From contig CAVZRV010000008.1 of NCBI GenBank assembly GCA_963777605.1, forward strand, positions 384,001 through 448,000: a DNA stretch of 64,000 nt, read 5' to 3'. The stretch is from an uncultured Acidobacteriota bacterium (GTDB taxonomy: Bacteria; Acidobacteriota; UBA6911; RPQK01; JAPXNP01). Positions 21,406-31,599 of this stretch are shown piece by piece. The notes under the pieces were generated by a model, which saw only the letters and a list, made by a program, of their open reading frames with translations, ran no database searches and was not told the DNA's origin. Made by a program: the position numbers and the translations under genes. Each line of letters begins with the position of its first letter. Position 1 is the stretch's first letter.

Positions 21406-21862
21406 GTCGGCCGGGTTCTCGCTCCTCGAAGTAATCATTGTCGTGGTGCTGCTCGGGGCGGTGGCCATGGTGGTCATGCCCGCATTCGTGGGCGGGCTGA
21501 GCAGTCTGGAATTGCAGACCGCAACCAGAGACCTGATTACCAACATGAGAAAGGCTCGTTCGTCCGCGGTCTCGGAACAGACCGTCCACCGCGTGATCCT
21601 GCTGGCCCCGGAGGTCCCTGATGAGCCGTTTTCCTACGTTCTTACCAACGAGTTCGAGCAACCGCTGCTGAGATTCGAACTGCCCAGAGGGATCTCTTTC
21701 GTGGATGCGGAAGTCCTGCCGGTTGTGCTGAGCTTCTATCCCAACGGGCGCAGCTCCGGAGGGTTAATCGGCCTCTCGAGCCAGAAAGGGAAACAGATGT
21801 TCATCCAGCTGAACCCGGTCACCGGACTGGGCAAAGTACAGAAAACGGAAGTACCGAGTTGA
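21377..21862 (+). CDS. gspH: Minor pseudopilin GspH/FimT
   Basis: G|FSLLEVII, ARSSAV, FYPNGRSSGG. Confidence 0.88.
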   Translation: MTAQTSPRGESAGFSLLEVIIVVVLLGAVAMVVMPAFVGGLSSLELQTATRDLITNMRKARSSAVSEQTVHRVILLAPEVPDEPFSYVLTNEFEQPLLRFELPRGISFVDAEVLPVVLSFYPNGRSSGGLIGLSSQKGKQMFIQLNPVTGLGKVQKTEVPS

Positions 21863-22317
21863 AGCAACGCGGCTTCACCCTGCTGGAAGTGATCGTGGCG
21901 ACCGCCATCCTGGCGATGGGGGTCGGAGTGGCGATGCAGATCTTCAGCGGGGGGATGAACAACCTCCGGCGGATCGACCTGGCTCACCGGGCGATGGATC
22001 ACGCCGAGAACGTGATGGGCGAGATTCTGAGTGATGAGATGATTACCGGCCCCCTGGAGGTTTCCGGGGACCTGGACGAAAACTTCAGCTACTCGGCCAC
22101 GGTGGACTACTGGGATCCCCCGTCCCCTCCTGGTTTGCAGCTCGACATCGTTCAGCCCCGGTTCCAAATCCTGAGCGTCGTGGTGGACATTCACTTCAAG
22201 CATGACCGGTTTGGCAAGAAGTATCGGGCCGTGTGCCTGAAGACAATCTCGCTGACTCCCCAGGGGCCCGGCGGACCAATGGCCAATCCGATTCAGCAGC
22301 TGTTTGGTGGGTCATGA
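21859..22317 (+). CDS. gspI: Minor pseudopilin GspI
   Basis: QRG|FTLLEVIVA; position in operon. Confidence 0.82.
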   Translation: MKQRGFTLLEVIVATAILAMGVGVAMQIFSGGMNNLRRIDLAHRAMDHAENVMGEILSDEMITGPLEVSGDLDENFSYSATVDYWDPPSPPGLQLDIVQPRFQILSVVVDIHFKHDRFGKKYRAVCLKTISLTPQGPGGPMANPIQQLFGGS

Positions 22318-23057
22318 GATACCGTTTCGACCGTACCGGGAGTGATTCCGGATTTACGCTGCTGGAGGTGATGGTCGCCTTCACGATTCTGGCCTTGGTC
22401 GCCGGGATGGTGTTCACGTCGCTGCAGACGGCTTTGAATTACTACGAGAAGAGCCAAGACCGGATCGAAGAGCAGGCCACACGGCGAGTTCTCTTTGAGC
22501 AGATTCGACGCCAGGTGGGTTCGCTTTTCCCGGTTCGACCCACGGCGGGATTCGTAGCGGCACTCGATCCGACGATGGGAGCAGCCGATCCTGCAACCCA
22601 GTTCACCGCGGGCCAGGTTCCGCTGTTTCATGGCGAACAGGATTTTATGACGTTTGTGACGGTTGCCCCCCTGGTCCTTCTCGAGAATCCCGGGCTCACC
22701 GTGGTTCGATACGGACTGGCGCAGGATGAAGGGGGCGGCTTCTACCTCGGCGCGATGGAGAACCGTTACACGGGGGAGGCCAGTTTTGGCGTGATGGTGA
22801 CTGCTCCGGTTGGGAAGCCGCTGGCGTTGGTGGAGAACGTCAAGTATCTGGAGTTTCAGTATTACGGTCTGGATCCCGGGACTTCGAGTTACGGCTGGTT
22901 CAGTTCCTGGCATGGGGATGAAACGGGTGCCGTCCCTGAGGCAATTCGAATCAATTACAATTCCAACTATGTTCTGGTTCCGGTCAATGCCAGTTTCCTC
23001 GAGGGGAACGGTGCCGGGATGCTGAGGCGAGCCATTTCAGGAGTCCTGGGTGAGTAA
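22314..23057 (+). CDS. gspJ: Minor pseudopilin GspJ
   Basis: SG|FTLLEVMVA; LEFQYYG...W...VPEAIRI. Confidence 0.85.
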   Translation: MRYRFDRTGSDSGFTLLEVMVAFTILALVAGMVFTSLQTALNYYEKSQDRIEEQATRRVLFEQIRRQVGSLFPVRPTAGFVAALDPTMGAADPATQFTAGQVPLFHGEQDFMTFVTVAPLVLLENPGLTVVRYGLAQDEGGGFYLGAMENRYTGEASFGVMVTAPVGKPLALVENVKYLEFQYYGLDPGTSSYGWFSSWHGDETGAVPEAIRINYNSNYVLVPVNASFLEGNGAGMLRRAISGVLGE

Positions 23058-24108
23058 AGAAAGACTTTCATTTCAGGCGCCGCTCGTCTTTTCGAAGAGG
23101 ACTGCATCCCAAGTAGATGTTGTGAGCAACGAGCGCGGGGCGATATTGATTGTAGTGCTTTGGATCGTGCTGGCGATCAGCCTGCTCGCCCTCTCCTTCT
23201 CGGCGACGATCCGGACCGAAGTGGATGCCGCCCGCAACGTGGTTGAACAGAAACAGTCCTATTACATGGCCCGGGCGGGGATCGAGTACTCGATTTACGA
23301 ACTCATGGAGACGCAGAATGCTTTTTACCAGGCTCAACAGCAGCAGCAATTGGGCCCCGAGGCGATTCCCGACGTGCTCCGGGGGGGAGTCTCCCTGAAT
23401 CTGACGGGCGGTGGAGCCGACGTTCAGATCATCGACGAATCGGGCAAGATCAACGTCAACCTGGCGCCGCCTCACCTGATCTACAATCTCCTCGTCATGA
23501 TCGGAGTGCCGGGTGACCGGGCCGACGTGATCACCGATTCGATCGGCGACTGGGTTGACCCCGATGACCTCTACCGTGAGTTCGGTGCCGAATCGGACTA
23601 CTACATGAGTCTCAATCCGCCGTATCGGGCCAAGAACGGGTTTATGGACGTTCCCGAGGAGTTACTCCTTGTTAACGGGGTCACGCCCGAGATCTACTAC
23701 GGGCGAAAAACAGTTTCCGACTCGGGAGATCCGATCGAACTGTACGGGCTTCAGAATTTCCTGACGACGTTTTCCAATGCCACCAGCATCAACATCAACT
23801 CGGCCCCGATCCCGGTTCTGGCTTCATTGCCCGGTCTCAACTATGACGTGGCCATGGCGATCGACCAGATGCGGAGGCAACAGCCACTGACCGACCCTGC
23901 CGAGATTGCTGAACAGATCCCGGGGATTAGTGGGGAGGCGCTGGGGATGCTTGCGGTGGTGCGGACCAACGTCTACACGCTGAACAGTGTTGGACGGTTG
24001 GACAATTCGAAAGTTGTGGCGAGGATTCGAGCCGTCGTTCGTGCCGACGGAATCGGCCCGAAAGGGTACACTGTACTTTACTGGAATGAGTCGAATACTG
24101 AGCTTTAG
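23050..24108 (+). CDS. gspK: Minor pseudopilin GspK
   Basis: ERG|AILIVVLW (no Glu5), DESGKINVN, DWVDPDD, ELLLVNG, ININSA. Confidence 0.92.
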   Translation: MSKERLSFQAPLVFSKRTASQVDVVSNERGAILIVVLWIVLAISLLALSFSATIRTEVDAARNVVEQKQSYYMARAGIEYSIYELMETQNAFYQAQQQQQLGPEAIPDVLRGGVSLNLTGGGADVQIIDESGKINVNLAPPHLIYNLLVMIGVPGDRADVITDSIGDWVDPDDLYREFGAESDYYMSLNPPYRAKNGFMDVPEELLLVNGVTPEIYYGRKTVSDSGDPIELYGLQNFLTTFSNATSININSAPIPVLASLPGLNYDVAMAIDQMRRQQPLTDPAEIAEQIPGISGEALGMLAVVRTNVYTLNSVGRLDNSKVVARIRAVVRADGIGPKGYTVLYWNESNTEL

Positions 24109-24125
24109 AAAGTCTTCGAGCCGAT

Positions 24126-25517
24126 ATGTTTAGCTTGGATTCAGCATTGGGTATCGAGATCCGGGAGGACTGCCTGATTCTGGCTTCTGTCCAGAAGGGT
24201 TTCCAGGAACTCCGTCTGCGCTCTCATCTTGTCGTCGAGGGCTTTCGAGCACTCCCGGTTCCCGAACTGGCTTCTCGGATTCACGAGTTTGCACGTTCTA
24301 ACGGGTTCAGCCGTGAGAACATCGTTGTGGGTGTCCCCCGAGACTGGGTGGTTTTTCGGGAAATCGAGCTGCCGATTGAGGTTGAAGAGAATCTCGACGG
24401 TGTTGTCCGGGCCCAGGTCGAGAAGTTCGAGCCGGTTGAAGAAGAGCATTCTTATTTCGATTACCAGGTTCGGGAACGGGACGAGGCACAGCGGAGGATC
24501 TCCCTCGAGGTCCTGATGGCCCGCCGCGAGGCCGTGGACGAGATTCTTGACCTGCTGCGGGAGCTTGACCTTTACCCTGCGGTGGTTACGGTGAGCAGTA
24601 TCGGCCTTCAGTCCGTACTGTCAGTCCACGAGGACGGGATCTCGAAGAAAGCCGGTGTCCTCATCCTGAGGCTCGAACCGGGCCGGGCCGAACTGGTGGC
24701 TCATGCACCGGGGGCTGCTCACTTCTCGGAGGTGCTCGACTTCGATGTGGAGGACCCCGAACCGGAGGTCGTTCTGCAGCGGGTGGCAGAGACGCTTTCG
24801 GCCGAAGTTGACCGATTTCCGTCCTTTTCGAAGCTCTATCTGACCGGCGCGCTGGCGGCTTCCCGCATCGACCAGTACTCCGCCCATCTGGCGGACACGG
24901 AACTGCTCAATAAGGGACTGGGGATCCGGCACAAGGCCCTGGCTGCTTCCGTTTTGACTAACTTGGCTCCGGCGATTGGGCTGGCTGTGGCCGGGTTGGA
25001 ACGAAGGCGGCGATTGGCCAACCTGATTCCGCCGGACAAGCGGGTCGTCAGAACCCACGCGAGTTTGGTGGCGACATACATCCTGGGGATTCTCCTGGTC
25101 CTATCACTGGGCGCGCTGCTGACCCGAGGCTTTCTCCAGCAGTCGGCCCTGGCGGATCAGGTTGACTCGGTGATTGCCGATATGAATCCCGAGGTTGAGC
25201 AGATTTTCCGGATCAGGGATGAGGTTGAGAAGAAGAAACAGGAACTGACCGAGTTGAAGTCCCTGATGGGAGTGCGGCAGGAGACATTGCTCGTGCTCAG
25301 GGACTTGACGGACCGGATCCCCGACGATACTTATCTCCAGAACTTACAGATTCAGGGAGACCAGTTGACGATGCAGGGGTACTCGGTGCAGGCGTCCGCG
25401 CTGCTTTCGGTGCTCTCCGAGTCTCCTTACCTGGAAAGTGTCAAGACGAACTGGATAACCCAGGATCCCAGGGTCAGCGGTAAAGAGCGGTTCAATTTTA
25501 CGGCCAAGGTCAAATGA
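24126..25517 (+). CDS. gspL: GspL-like (PilM/PilN-type) assembly protein
   Basis: Actin-like cytoplasmic N-domain, NLIP motif plus TM, C-terminal PilN-like domain (IPDDTYL...LSESPYL). Confidence 0.75.
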   Translation: MFSLDSALGIEIREDCLILASVQKGFQELRLRSHLVVEGFRALPVPELASRIHEFARSNGFSRENIVVGVPRDWVVFREIELPIEVEENLDGVVRAQVEKFEPVEEEHSYFDYQVRERDEAQRRISLEVLMARREAVDEILDLLRELDLYPAVVTVSSIGLQSVLSVHEDGISKKAGVLILRLEPGRAELVAHAPGAAHFSEVLDFDVEDPEPEVVLQRVAETLSAEVDRFPSFSKLYLTGALAASRIDQYSAHLADTELLNKGLGIRHKALAASVLTNLAPAIGLAVAGLERRRRLANLIPPDKRVVRTHASLVATYILGILLVLSLGALLTRGFLQQSALADQVDSVIADMNPEVEQIFRIRDEVEKKKQELTELKSLMGVRQETLLVLRDLTDRIPDDTYLQNLQIQGDQLTMQGYSVQASALLSVLSESPYLESVKTNWITQDPRVSGKERFNFTAKVK

Positions 25518-26101
25518 AGATATCCAAGAGAGATCGAAAGACCCTGATGCTGGGGGGCGGGGCTGCGGTGGTCATTCTGATCGTGGTTTACCTCATCCTG
25601 CCGGCCTACGATTCGATGGGGCAGGTTGCGGGTGACCTCGACCAGAAAGAGCGGATGCTCTCCCAGACCGTCAAGGCGCTCGGGAGTCGTGGCCTCTACG
25701 AAGAAGAGAACCAGATCCTGGACGAGGAACTTGGGCGGCTGAGGTCGCAGCTTCTTGACAGTTCAGACCCCGCGATAGCCCAGAACCAGCTCGAAAACAT
25801 CGTGCGCTCGATTGCCGAGCAGCATCAGGTCGTGATCTCGAGGAGCACTCCGCTGCAGGAAAAGAAGACCGGTGAGAAGTACTCCAAGGTGACGGTACAG
25901 ATCAATCTTCAGATCGATCGCCAAAACGGGATGTCTGACCTGGCGAGCTTTATGCATGCCATCTCGACTCACGCCAAGTTCTTGACCGTAGAAGAGTTCT
26001 ATGTCAATGGATTCAAAGTGCGTGACGAGATTCGTTTGCAGCCTCGTATGAACATTTCCGGGTTTATCCAACTCAACCCGGCAGAGAATCAGGAAAGCTA
26101 G
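25514..26101 (+). CDS. gspM: GspM/PilO-like protein
   Basis: ISKRDR plus TM, coiled coil, ferredoxin-like end; follows gspL. Confidence 0.75.
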   Translation: MKISKRDRKTLMLGGGAAVVILIVVYLILPAYDSMGQVAGDLDQKERMLSQTVKALGSRGLYEEENQILDEELGRLRSQLLDSSDPAIAQNQLENIVRSIAEQHQVVISRSTPLQEKKTGEKYSKVTVQINLQIDRQNGMSDLASFMHAISTHAKFLTVEEFYVNGFKVRDEIRLQPRMNISGFIQLNPAENQES

Positions 26102-26935
26102 ATGGCTCAACGTGTTCTCTTACTCAACCTGGTGTTGGTGATCGCCCTGGGGGCGGCCTGCTACGAACTCGTCACGGGTTGGCAGGACTACCAGTCGGAA
26201 CAAAACCTGGGTGAGATCGTGGCTCGAAGCAGTGGCGACATGGAGCAGCCCGAACTCGATGCCGCAGAGCTGAGCGGACAGACGGCACTGGTGCACGATT
26301 TCTTTGTGATCGGAGATCGCGATCTTTTCAGCCCCGACCGGAGACCGGCGGCAGAGGACCAGGTGGCCAACGCGGAGCCGACTCCGCCGGAATTTCCAAA
26401 GAGGCCGGAAATGCAGGGCGCTTCGGAGATCGATGGTCAGACCAAGGCTCTCCTGACGCTCTTCGATACTCCAAAGTCCCAGGGCGAGTCGAAGCTGGTC
26501 TCCTTGGGCGACGCGGTTCAGGGTTACGTGGTCTCCGAGATCACCGACACGACGGTGACTCTCAAGTGGAACGACTACACCGAACTCATTGACATGTTCG
26601 ACACCGAAGGGACTCCGAAGCCCCCGACCTCAAAGGGGGGCAAACGAGTGGCGGCCGTCAACATTGTCCGAATTGGCAGTCAGTACGCAGCCGTTGAGAC
26701 GACCGGCCCGGATTCTGGTGAGGGAGAGGGAGCCAAACCTACAACCCAGCCCGGAGCCATCGGTGGGGCCGCTGTCGCGGGAGCGAGGGGCGCCTTGCCG
26801 AACCGAAGAGGGTTTGCCGGGCGTGGATCTGCTGCGAGTCCGTTGCGGCAGGCCAACCGGCCGCAGGGTGGGAGCGGGGTCGTAGGTGTCCCGGGCTCCG
26901 CGGTGATTGCTCAGCCTCAACCGCAGCCGCAGTAA
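26102..26935 (+). CDS. GspC/XpsN-like bitopic protein
   Basis: N-terminal TM, RDLFSPDRRP motif, GDAVQGYVVSEI (HR-domain-like), disordered tail; directly before the secretin. Confidence 0.6.
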   Translation: MAQRVLLLNLVLVIALGAACYELVTGWQDYQSEQNLGEIVARSSGDMEQPELDAAELSGQTALVHDFFVIGDRDLFSPDRRPAAEDQVANAEPTPPEFPKRPEMQGASEIDGQTKALLTLFDTPKSQGESKLVSLGDAVQGYVVSEITDTTVTLKWNDYTELIDMFDTEGTPKPPTSKGGKRVAAVNIVRIGSQYAAVETTGPDSGEGEGAKPTTQPGAIGGAAVAGARGALPNRRGFAGRGSAASPLRQANRPQGGSGVVGVPGSAVIAQPQPQPQ

Positions 26936-26991
26936 AGAATACAGTCTGAAGAATATTGACGATTAGACCCAGGAACGTAAGGGAATAAAGA

Positions 26992-29772
26992 ATGCGACGA
27001 ACCGGATTCATAATCTGCCAGTGGTTGATGGGGTCAGTGCTGGCGGTGGCTTCTCCTTCCGCAGTTTTTCTGCAGGAGCCCGCAACGACCGGTGCCCAGG
27101 GGACAGGAGTTGTGGGAGGGGCGGCGCCCAGCGGAATTATGGGAGCCCCTTCTGGCACTGCATCGCAGAGAGAGTTGCAGCGGCGTCTTCGCGACGCGCA
27201 GACGACGAAGAGTCCCGGGGGGGCATCCAGCGGCGGTGTTACGGTAGCCGGCGGCCAGGAAGGAGCAACCGGGGTAGTCGCGCCTTCGGCGAACCCGGTT
27301 CCACGCGCTGCCACGCCCAGGAATGATCGGGAATCGGCTTCCTCGGGTCCGGGCATAAAACTGAACTTCAGCAATGCCGACATTACCCGGGTCATCAACT
27401 CGATCATGCAGGAACTGGGGTACTCGTACGTCATCGATCCACAGGTTCAGGGAACGGTCAATATCTTCAGCATGCGTGAAATCCCTCGGGAACGGCTCTT
27501 TTCGGTTCTGGAGCAATTGCTCAAGATGAACGGACTGGCCATTGTGAAGCAGGACGACTACTACGTGGTCGTTCCGATTGCTGAGAGCCCCACGGTGCCC
27601 CACGGGGTACTCATGAATGCCCCGAGTGAGCCGGCCGAGACCGAAACGCCGGCCCCCGAGAAGAAGGGTGGAACTGCGACCGAAACCAAAACGGAGGGCG
27701 AGTCCGCCCAATCGGAAAGTGCTGTTGCGGCGGCCGAGGAGACTGGCATCATTCCCCGTCAAGGCACTGAACAGCGGGCCTCAAAGAAGAAGGGGCCCGA
27801 GGTGATTCGGGTCGAGCCGGTGGGTCCGATTGAAGAAAAGGGGATCGTCACTTACGTGATTCCCCTTAACTACATTCTTTCCGATGACATGCTCAAGATG
27901 GCCCAGGTGTTTCTGTCGCCGGGCTCGACAGTGGTCGATTTCGCGCCTGCCAACATGTTGATCGTCACGGATTTTCCGCAGAACATTGAGCAGGTCCTGA
28001 CCCTTGTCGATCTCCTCGACACCCGGTACTTCGAACTCAACAAAATCGACCTGATCTCGATTCGATTCAACAACGCGACTGATGTTGCCGAGGACCTGGC
28101 GAAGATATTTTCCCCTGGGGATTCGGCTGCCGGTGTCCGCATTGTGGCCATCGAGCGGCTTAACAGCATCCTGGTTGTGACCCGCTCAGTGGACGTTTTT
28201 GAGCAGGTCAAGATGTGGATCAAGAAACTGGATGCTCCTTCTTCGACGAGCAACATCAAGACCTACGTCTACCAGGTGGAAAACAGTACCTCAGTTCAGA
28301 TCGCCCAGATCCTGGCAGAACTCTACCAGGACGGCTTGGGTCTGCCGTCGGGTGCGAACGGTGGCGGCGCCTACGGTTCACAGGAGGGCAGGCTTGCCGG
28401 CGGCGGCACCCAGGGTTCGGTTTTGGGGCAGTCCGGCCGGAGTGGCTATGGAGGACAGGGAGGATTCGTGCCTGGCGGCGGCGGGGCGTATGGCGGTTCC
28501 TACGGTGGCTCCTACGGAAGTTCTTATGGGGGGGGGGGCTATGGTGGGAGTTCGTATGGCGGCTTCGGCGGAGGAGGGTATGGGGGCGGAGGCTATGGAT
28601 CGGGAGGCTATGGATCGGGGGGCTTCGGAGGTCGGCAGAGTCTTGGCGGCGGCGGCACGGGCATGCGCCAATTGGGCCCCGCCTTGTCGTCCTCTTCGCA
28701 GTCTCAGATCCGATCGATCTACGCGGGCAACGTCAAACTGGTGGTCAACGAGTTCAACAACTCCCTGATCATGCAGGGAACCGAGTCGGACATCCAGTTC
28801 ATGCTCGAAACCATTCGCCAGCTTGACACGCTTCCTCGTCAGGTATGGGTGGAAGCCCGGATTTTCTCGGTTGAGCTGCGTGACGATCTCAATTTTGGTG
28901 TCTCCGCGTTTCTCCAGGCGCAGGGAGCCGGGTCCACCGACGGGGACGGCAATTTCCTCCCGGCCACAACGGGCAGCGTCGTCGACGGCACGCTGTCAGC
29001 GACGACGCGGACTATGATCGGGAGTGAACGGGAAATCCAGACGATTGTATCGGCGCTGCGCGAGAAGACTAACGTGCAGGTTCTGGATGCGCCGAGGGTT
29101 CTCGCTCTCGACGGAACACCGGCTTCGATCAATATCGGTGCGGAAGTTCCGGTGACCTCGGCATCCTTCGGAAATCCGCTCCAATCGGGGACGACCAATT
29201 TCGTCAACTCGATTCAATTCCGACCCACCGGTACCACGCTCCTCTTCGTCCCTCGAATCAGTGCCAGTGGCATCGTCACCATGGATATCGTTCTCGAGAT
29301 CAGTTCGGCGACAGGGCCCGCCCTGACCCCGACGATCAACCGGAATTACATCCAGAGCTCATTCATCGTCCGGGACGGGCAGTCGATCGGCATCGCCGGA
29401 TTGATCAGCGATTCCTTTAACAACACCAAAAAACGGGTACCGGTCCTTGGAGAGATCCCGATCCTGGGAGCGCTCTTTGGGACCACCGCCAAGAACGAAC
29501 GGCGCTTTGAACTGGTCATCTTCATAACACCGAAGGTGATTCGGAACCTTCCCACTTCGACCGAACTGACGCTCGATTTCAAGCGTGCTTTGCGGAATGC
29601 CTACGATTTCATCAACCAGATGGAATTCGAGCAGCAGAATCTGATTGAGCAGCGGCGCCAGGAAGAAATGAAAGCCGGAGGACCGGCCGAACAGCCGAAA
29701 CCAGAAACTCCGGCGACTCCGCCGGCAGCGGAAGCGGCTCCGCTGGTTCCCGACAAGCCGCAGCAGAACTAG
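26992..29772 (+). CDS. gspD: Type II secretion secretin GspD with a Gly/Tyr-rich insertion
   Basis: LNFSNADI, DPQVQGTV, NSLIMQG, LDTLPRQVWVEARI, VPVLGEIPILGALF, ELVIFITPKVI. Confidence 0.95.
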   Translation: MRRTGFIICQWLMGSVLAVASPSAVFLQEPATTGAQGTGVVGGAAPSGIMGAPSGTASQRELQRRLRDAQTTKSPGGASSGGVTVAGGQEGATGVVAPSANPVPRAATPRNDRESASSGPGIKLNFSNADITRVINSIMQELGYSYVIDPQVQGTVNIFSMREIPRERLFSVLEQLLKMNGLAIVKQDDYYVVVPIAESPTVPHGVLMNAPSEPAETETPAPEKKGGTATETKTEGESAQSESAVAAAEETGIIPRQGTEQRASKKKGPEVIRVEPVGPIEEKGIVTYVIPLNYILSDDMLKMAQVFLSPGSTVVDFAPANMLIVTDFPQNIEQVLTLVDLLDTRYFELNKIDLISIRFNNATDVAEDLAKIFSPGDSAAGVRIVAIERLNSILVVTRSVDVFEQVKMWIKKLDAPSSTSNIKTYVYQVENSTSVQIAQILAELYQDGLGLPSGANGGGAYGSQEGRLAGGGTQGSVLGQSGRSGYGGQGGFVPGGGGAYGGSYGGSYGSSYGGGGYGGSSYGGFGGGGYGGGGYGSGGYGSGGFGGRQSLGGGGTGMRQLGPALSSSSQSQIRSIYAGNVKLVVNEFNNSLIMQGTESDIQFMLETIRQLDTLPRQVWVEARIFSVELRDDLNFGVSAFLQAQGAGSTDGDGNFLPATTGSVVDGTLSATTRTMIGSEREIQTIVSALREKTNVQVLDAPRVLALDGTPASINIGAEVPVTSASFGNPLQSGTTNFVNSIQFRPTGTTLLFVPRISASGIVTMDIVLEISSATGPALTPTINRNYIQSSFIVRDGQSIGIAGLISDSFNNTKKRVPVLGEIPILGALFGTTAKNERRFELVIFITPKVIRNLPTSTELTLDFKRALRNAYDFINQMEFEQQNLIEQRRQEEMKAGGPAEQPKPETPATPPAAEAAPLVPDKPQQN

Positions 29773-29914
29773 CTTCTGGGAGAGCGGGTTTTATAGTTTC
29801 GGGATGGGAGTTTGGGGTGGCGAGGGGCCGTTCGACGACTCCTCGTTACGTTATTCCATTGCCTTGGTGATGTTTGCGGGTTTCTTGGAGCGCTCGTCGA
29901 ATCCGTAAGCGGAG

Positions 29915-30685
29915 CTACTGCTTTGGCTTACTGGTCCGACGACCTCGTTCCTTCTGCATGAACCAGCGCTGGATCGGGCTCATGTAGTTGTAGATGACCA
30001 GAAGCTGGAACTCGTGGATCGTTCCCTGCTGCTCGATCGTGAGGCTCAGCGAATCCGCAATATTGAATTCCTTGAGTTCCGGTCCCACATAATGGAAGAG
30101 TAGCTCCGCTTTTGATCGGGGGGGCACCATATCCACCGGCTTGTCCAGTTTCAGGCGGGCGTCGTCCATCTCAATCGCGACGATTTTCGCGGGAGAGTCC
30201 AACCCATTGACAACGTTCAATACGGAACCCTGTTTCGGCGTGTGCGCGTAAAAGACAAGCTGATCCGGAGTGACCTTCAATTCCGGGGGCATGGGCTTGG
30301 CTGCGGCCTTCCTGATGGCACGGTCGATCCGTTCGGTGATACCAATCGGAGGCTCGACCCGAACCTTCCAGCCGGTGTCCGTTCCGACCCAGGTCTCCTT
30401 CGCCTTGAAGGTGAACACTCCGTTCGGCAGAAACCGGTCGATTGAGACCGTAACGAGGGCCGTTGTGTCGGACTCCATGGAAATATCGACGATTTTGGGG
30501 TCTTTGAAATCGGGTTCCTGGCGGTTCAGGAAGTTGTTGAGGTCTTCCTCGTATACCGATTTCATTGCAGTGACCTTGTCGTGGCGCGCGAGAGCACTCC
30601 AGTAATCGATCACAGTGGTTGCCAGTTCGGCGGAGGGTGTTTGAGATGGGCCAAGTACAACCAGCACAAGAAGAGGCCAAAGCAT
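29915..30685 (-). CDS. Hypothetical exported protein (NTF2-like N-domain plus Ig-like domain)
   Basis: Hydrophobic N-terminus; YWSAL...W...GWKV NTF2-like pattern; 256-aa ORF. Confidence 0.65.
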   Translation of the reverse strand: MLWPLLVLVVLGPSQTPSAELATTVIDYWSALARHDKVTAMKSVYEEDLNNFLNRQEPDFKDPKIVDISMESDTTALVTVSIDRFLPNGVFTFKAKETWVGTDTGWKVRVEPPIGITERIDRAIRKAAAKPMPPELKVTPDQLVFYAHTPKQGSVLNVVNGLDSPAKIVAIEMDDARLKLDKPVDMVPPRSKAELLFHYVGPELKEFNIADSLSLTIEQQGTIHEFQLLVIYNYMSPIQRWFMQKERGRRTSKPKQ

Positions 30686-30708
30686 GCACCGATCCTACCA
30701 GAAGACAT

Positions 30709-30737
30709 AAAAAAAGGGCTGGCAGATGCCAGCCCTT
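30709..30737 (-). terminator. Rho-independent terminator after the 30759..31343 gene
   Basis: Minus strand AAGGGCTGGC-ATCT-GCCAGCCCTT running into a 7-T tract. Confidence 0.85.
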
Positions 30738-30758
30738 ACAGATTACGGTTGTCCCGAC

Positions 30759-31343
30759 TTACGGTTCAACCAGAGTTACGTCGATGGGGACCCCAGTGAA
30801 GTCTGCCTGCATCGGGAAAGCCTGCTGGCTTGCCACAGACGCAAACGTATTGACATAGGTTCCAACGATCCCGTCGAACTCACCGACGAAATAGCAGTAC
30901 CCAACGAAATTCTCGGTTGCTACATCGAATCCCATTGCACCCAGAATCTCGTCCACATAAGTCGTCCAGGTCCCACCCGGCACCAGCATTCCGTCTTCGG
31001 TAAGTCCCGAGCCGACTGGGCCATTGAGGGACGAACTGTAAGCATAAGACGAACCGTCGTTGCCGTTGCAGAACGCCCATACGGCACCTTCAGTATTCAA
31101 ACCTGCTGGGAACCCTGCGAACTCAACCCCGGCTACCGTCGGAACGGCAAGGGTGTTGCTGACCGAAATCGCCGTGCGGCTGCCGTCCGTCAAAGAGGTC
31201 ACGAACGTTGCCAGCGTGGCTGAGAATTCGGGTGTCCCGTCTTCCTGCAAAAATACCTGCGTGTCGGACCCTGCGGCGGCTGCATTGGCACCAAACGCAA
31301 GAACCAAAGCACCACAGATCAGAATCCACTTAAACTTTCCCAT
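30759..31343 (-). CDS. Uncharacterised secreted ~195-aa protein (paralog of 35435..36049)
   Basis: AAGGAG SD, signal peptide MGKFKWIL...ANAAA, acidic mature chain; has its own promoter and terminator. Confidence 0.85.
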   Translation of the reverse strand: MGKFKWILICGALVLAFGANAAAAGSDTQVFLQEDGTPEFSATLATFVTSLTDGSRTAISVSNTLAVPTVAGVEFAGFPAGLNTEGAVWAFCNGNDGSSYAYSSSLNGPVGSGLTEDGMLVPGGTWTTYVDEILGAMGFDVATENFVGYCYFVGEFDGIVGTYVNTFASVASQQAFPMQADFTGVPIDVTLVEP

Positions 31344-31474
31344 GCTCTCCACTCCTTTCAAGTCGAAAATCTTTAAAGTTTTCTTGAGCTCAACCTATAT
31401 CTTAGTAAAACTCCATGGCCAATCCAGGGCGGGCCACCTCCGGTGACAACCCTGATCCCGCAAAACTCTGGCGT

Positions 31475-31504
31475 ATTTTATATATCACTCAAGGAAGGGG
31501 TCAA
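31475..31504 (-). promoter_or_regulatory. Putative sigma70 promoter of the 30759..31343 gene
   Basis: Minus strand TTGACC-N18-TAAAAT in AT-rich intergenic DNA. Confidence 0.5.
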
Positions 31505-31599
31505 GAGCCTAAATTCGCTAAGTGTCGCGCTTTCGTCGACTTGCAGTACGAAATCAGGCTCCCGATCTCTTCTCTCCTCCTGTCGGCGTACTTCTTTCT

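Noticed and set aside
17885-29772. Type IV pilus or Tad cluster
   Set aside because: Canonical GspG (PKDPWG) and GspK are present and no PilT retraction ATPase is seen; T2SS fits better
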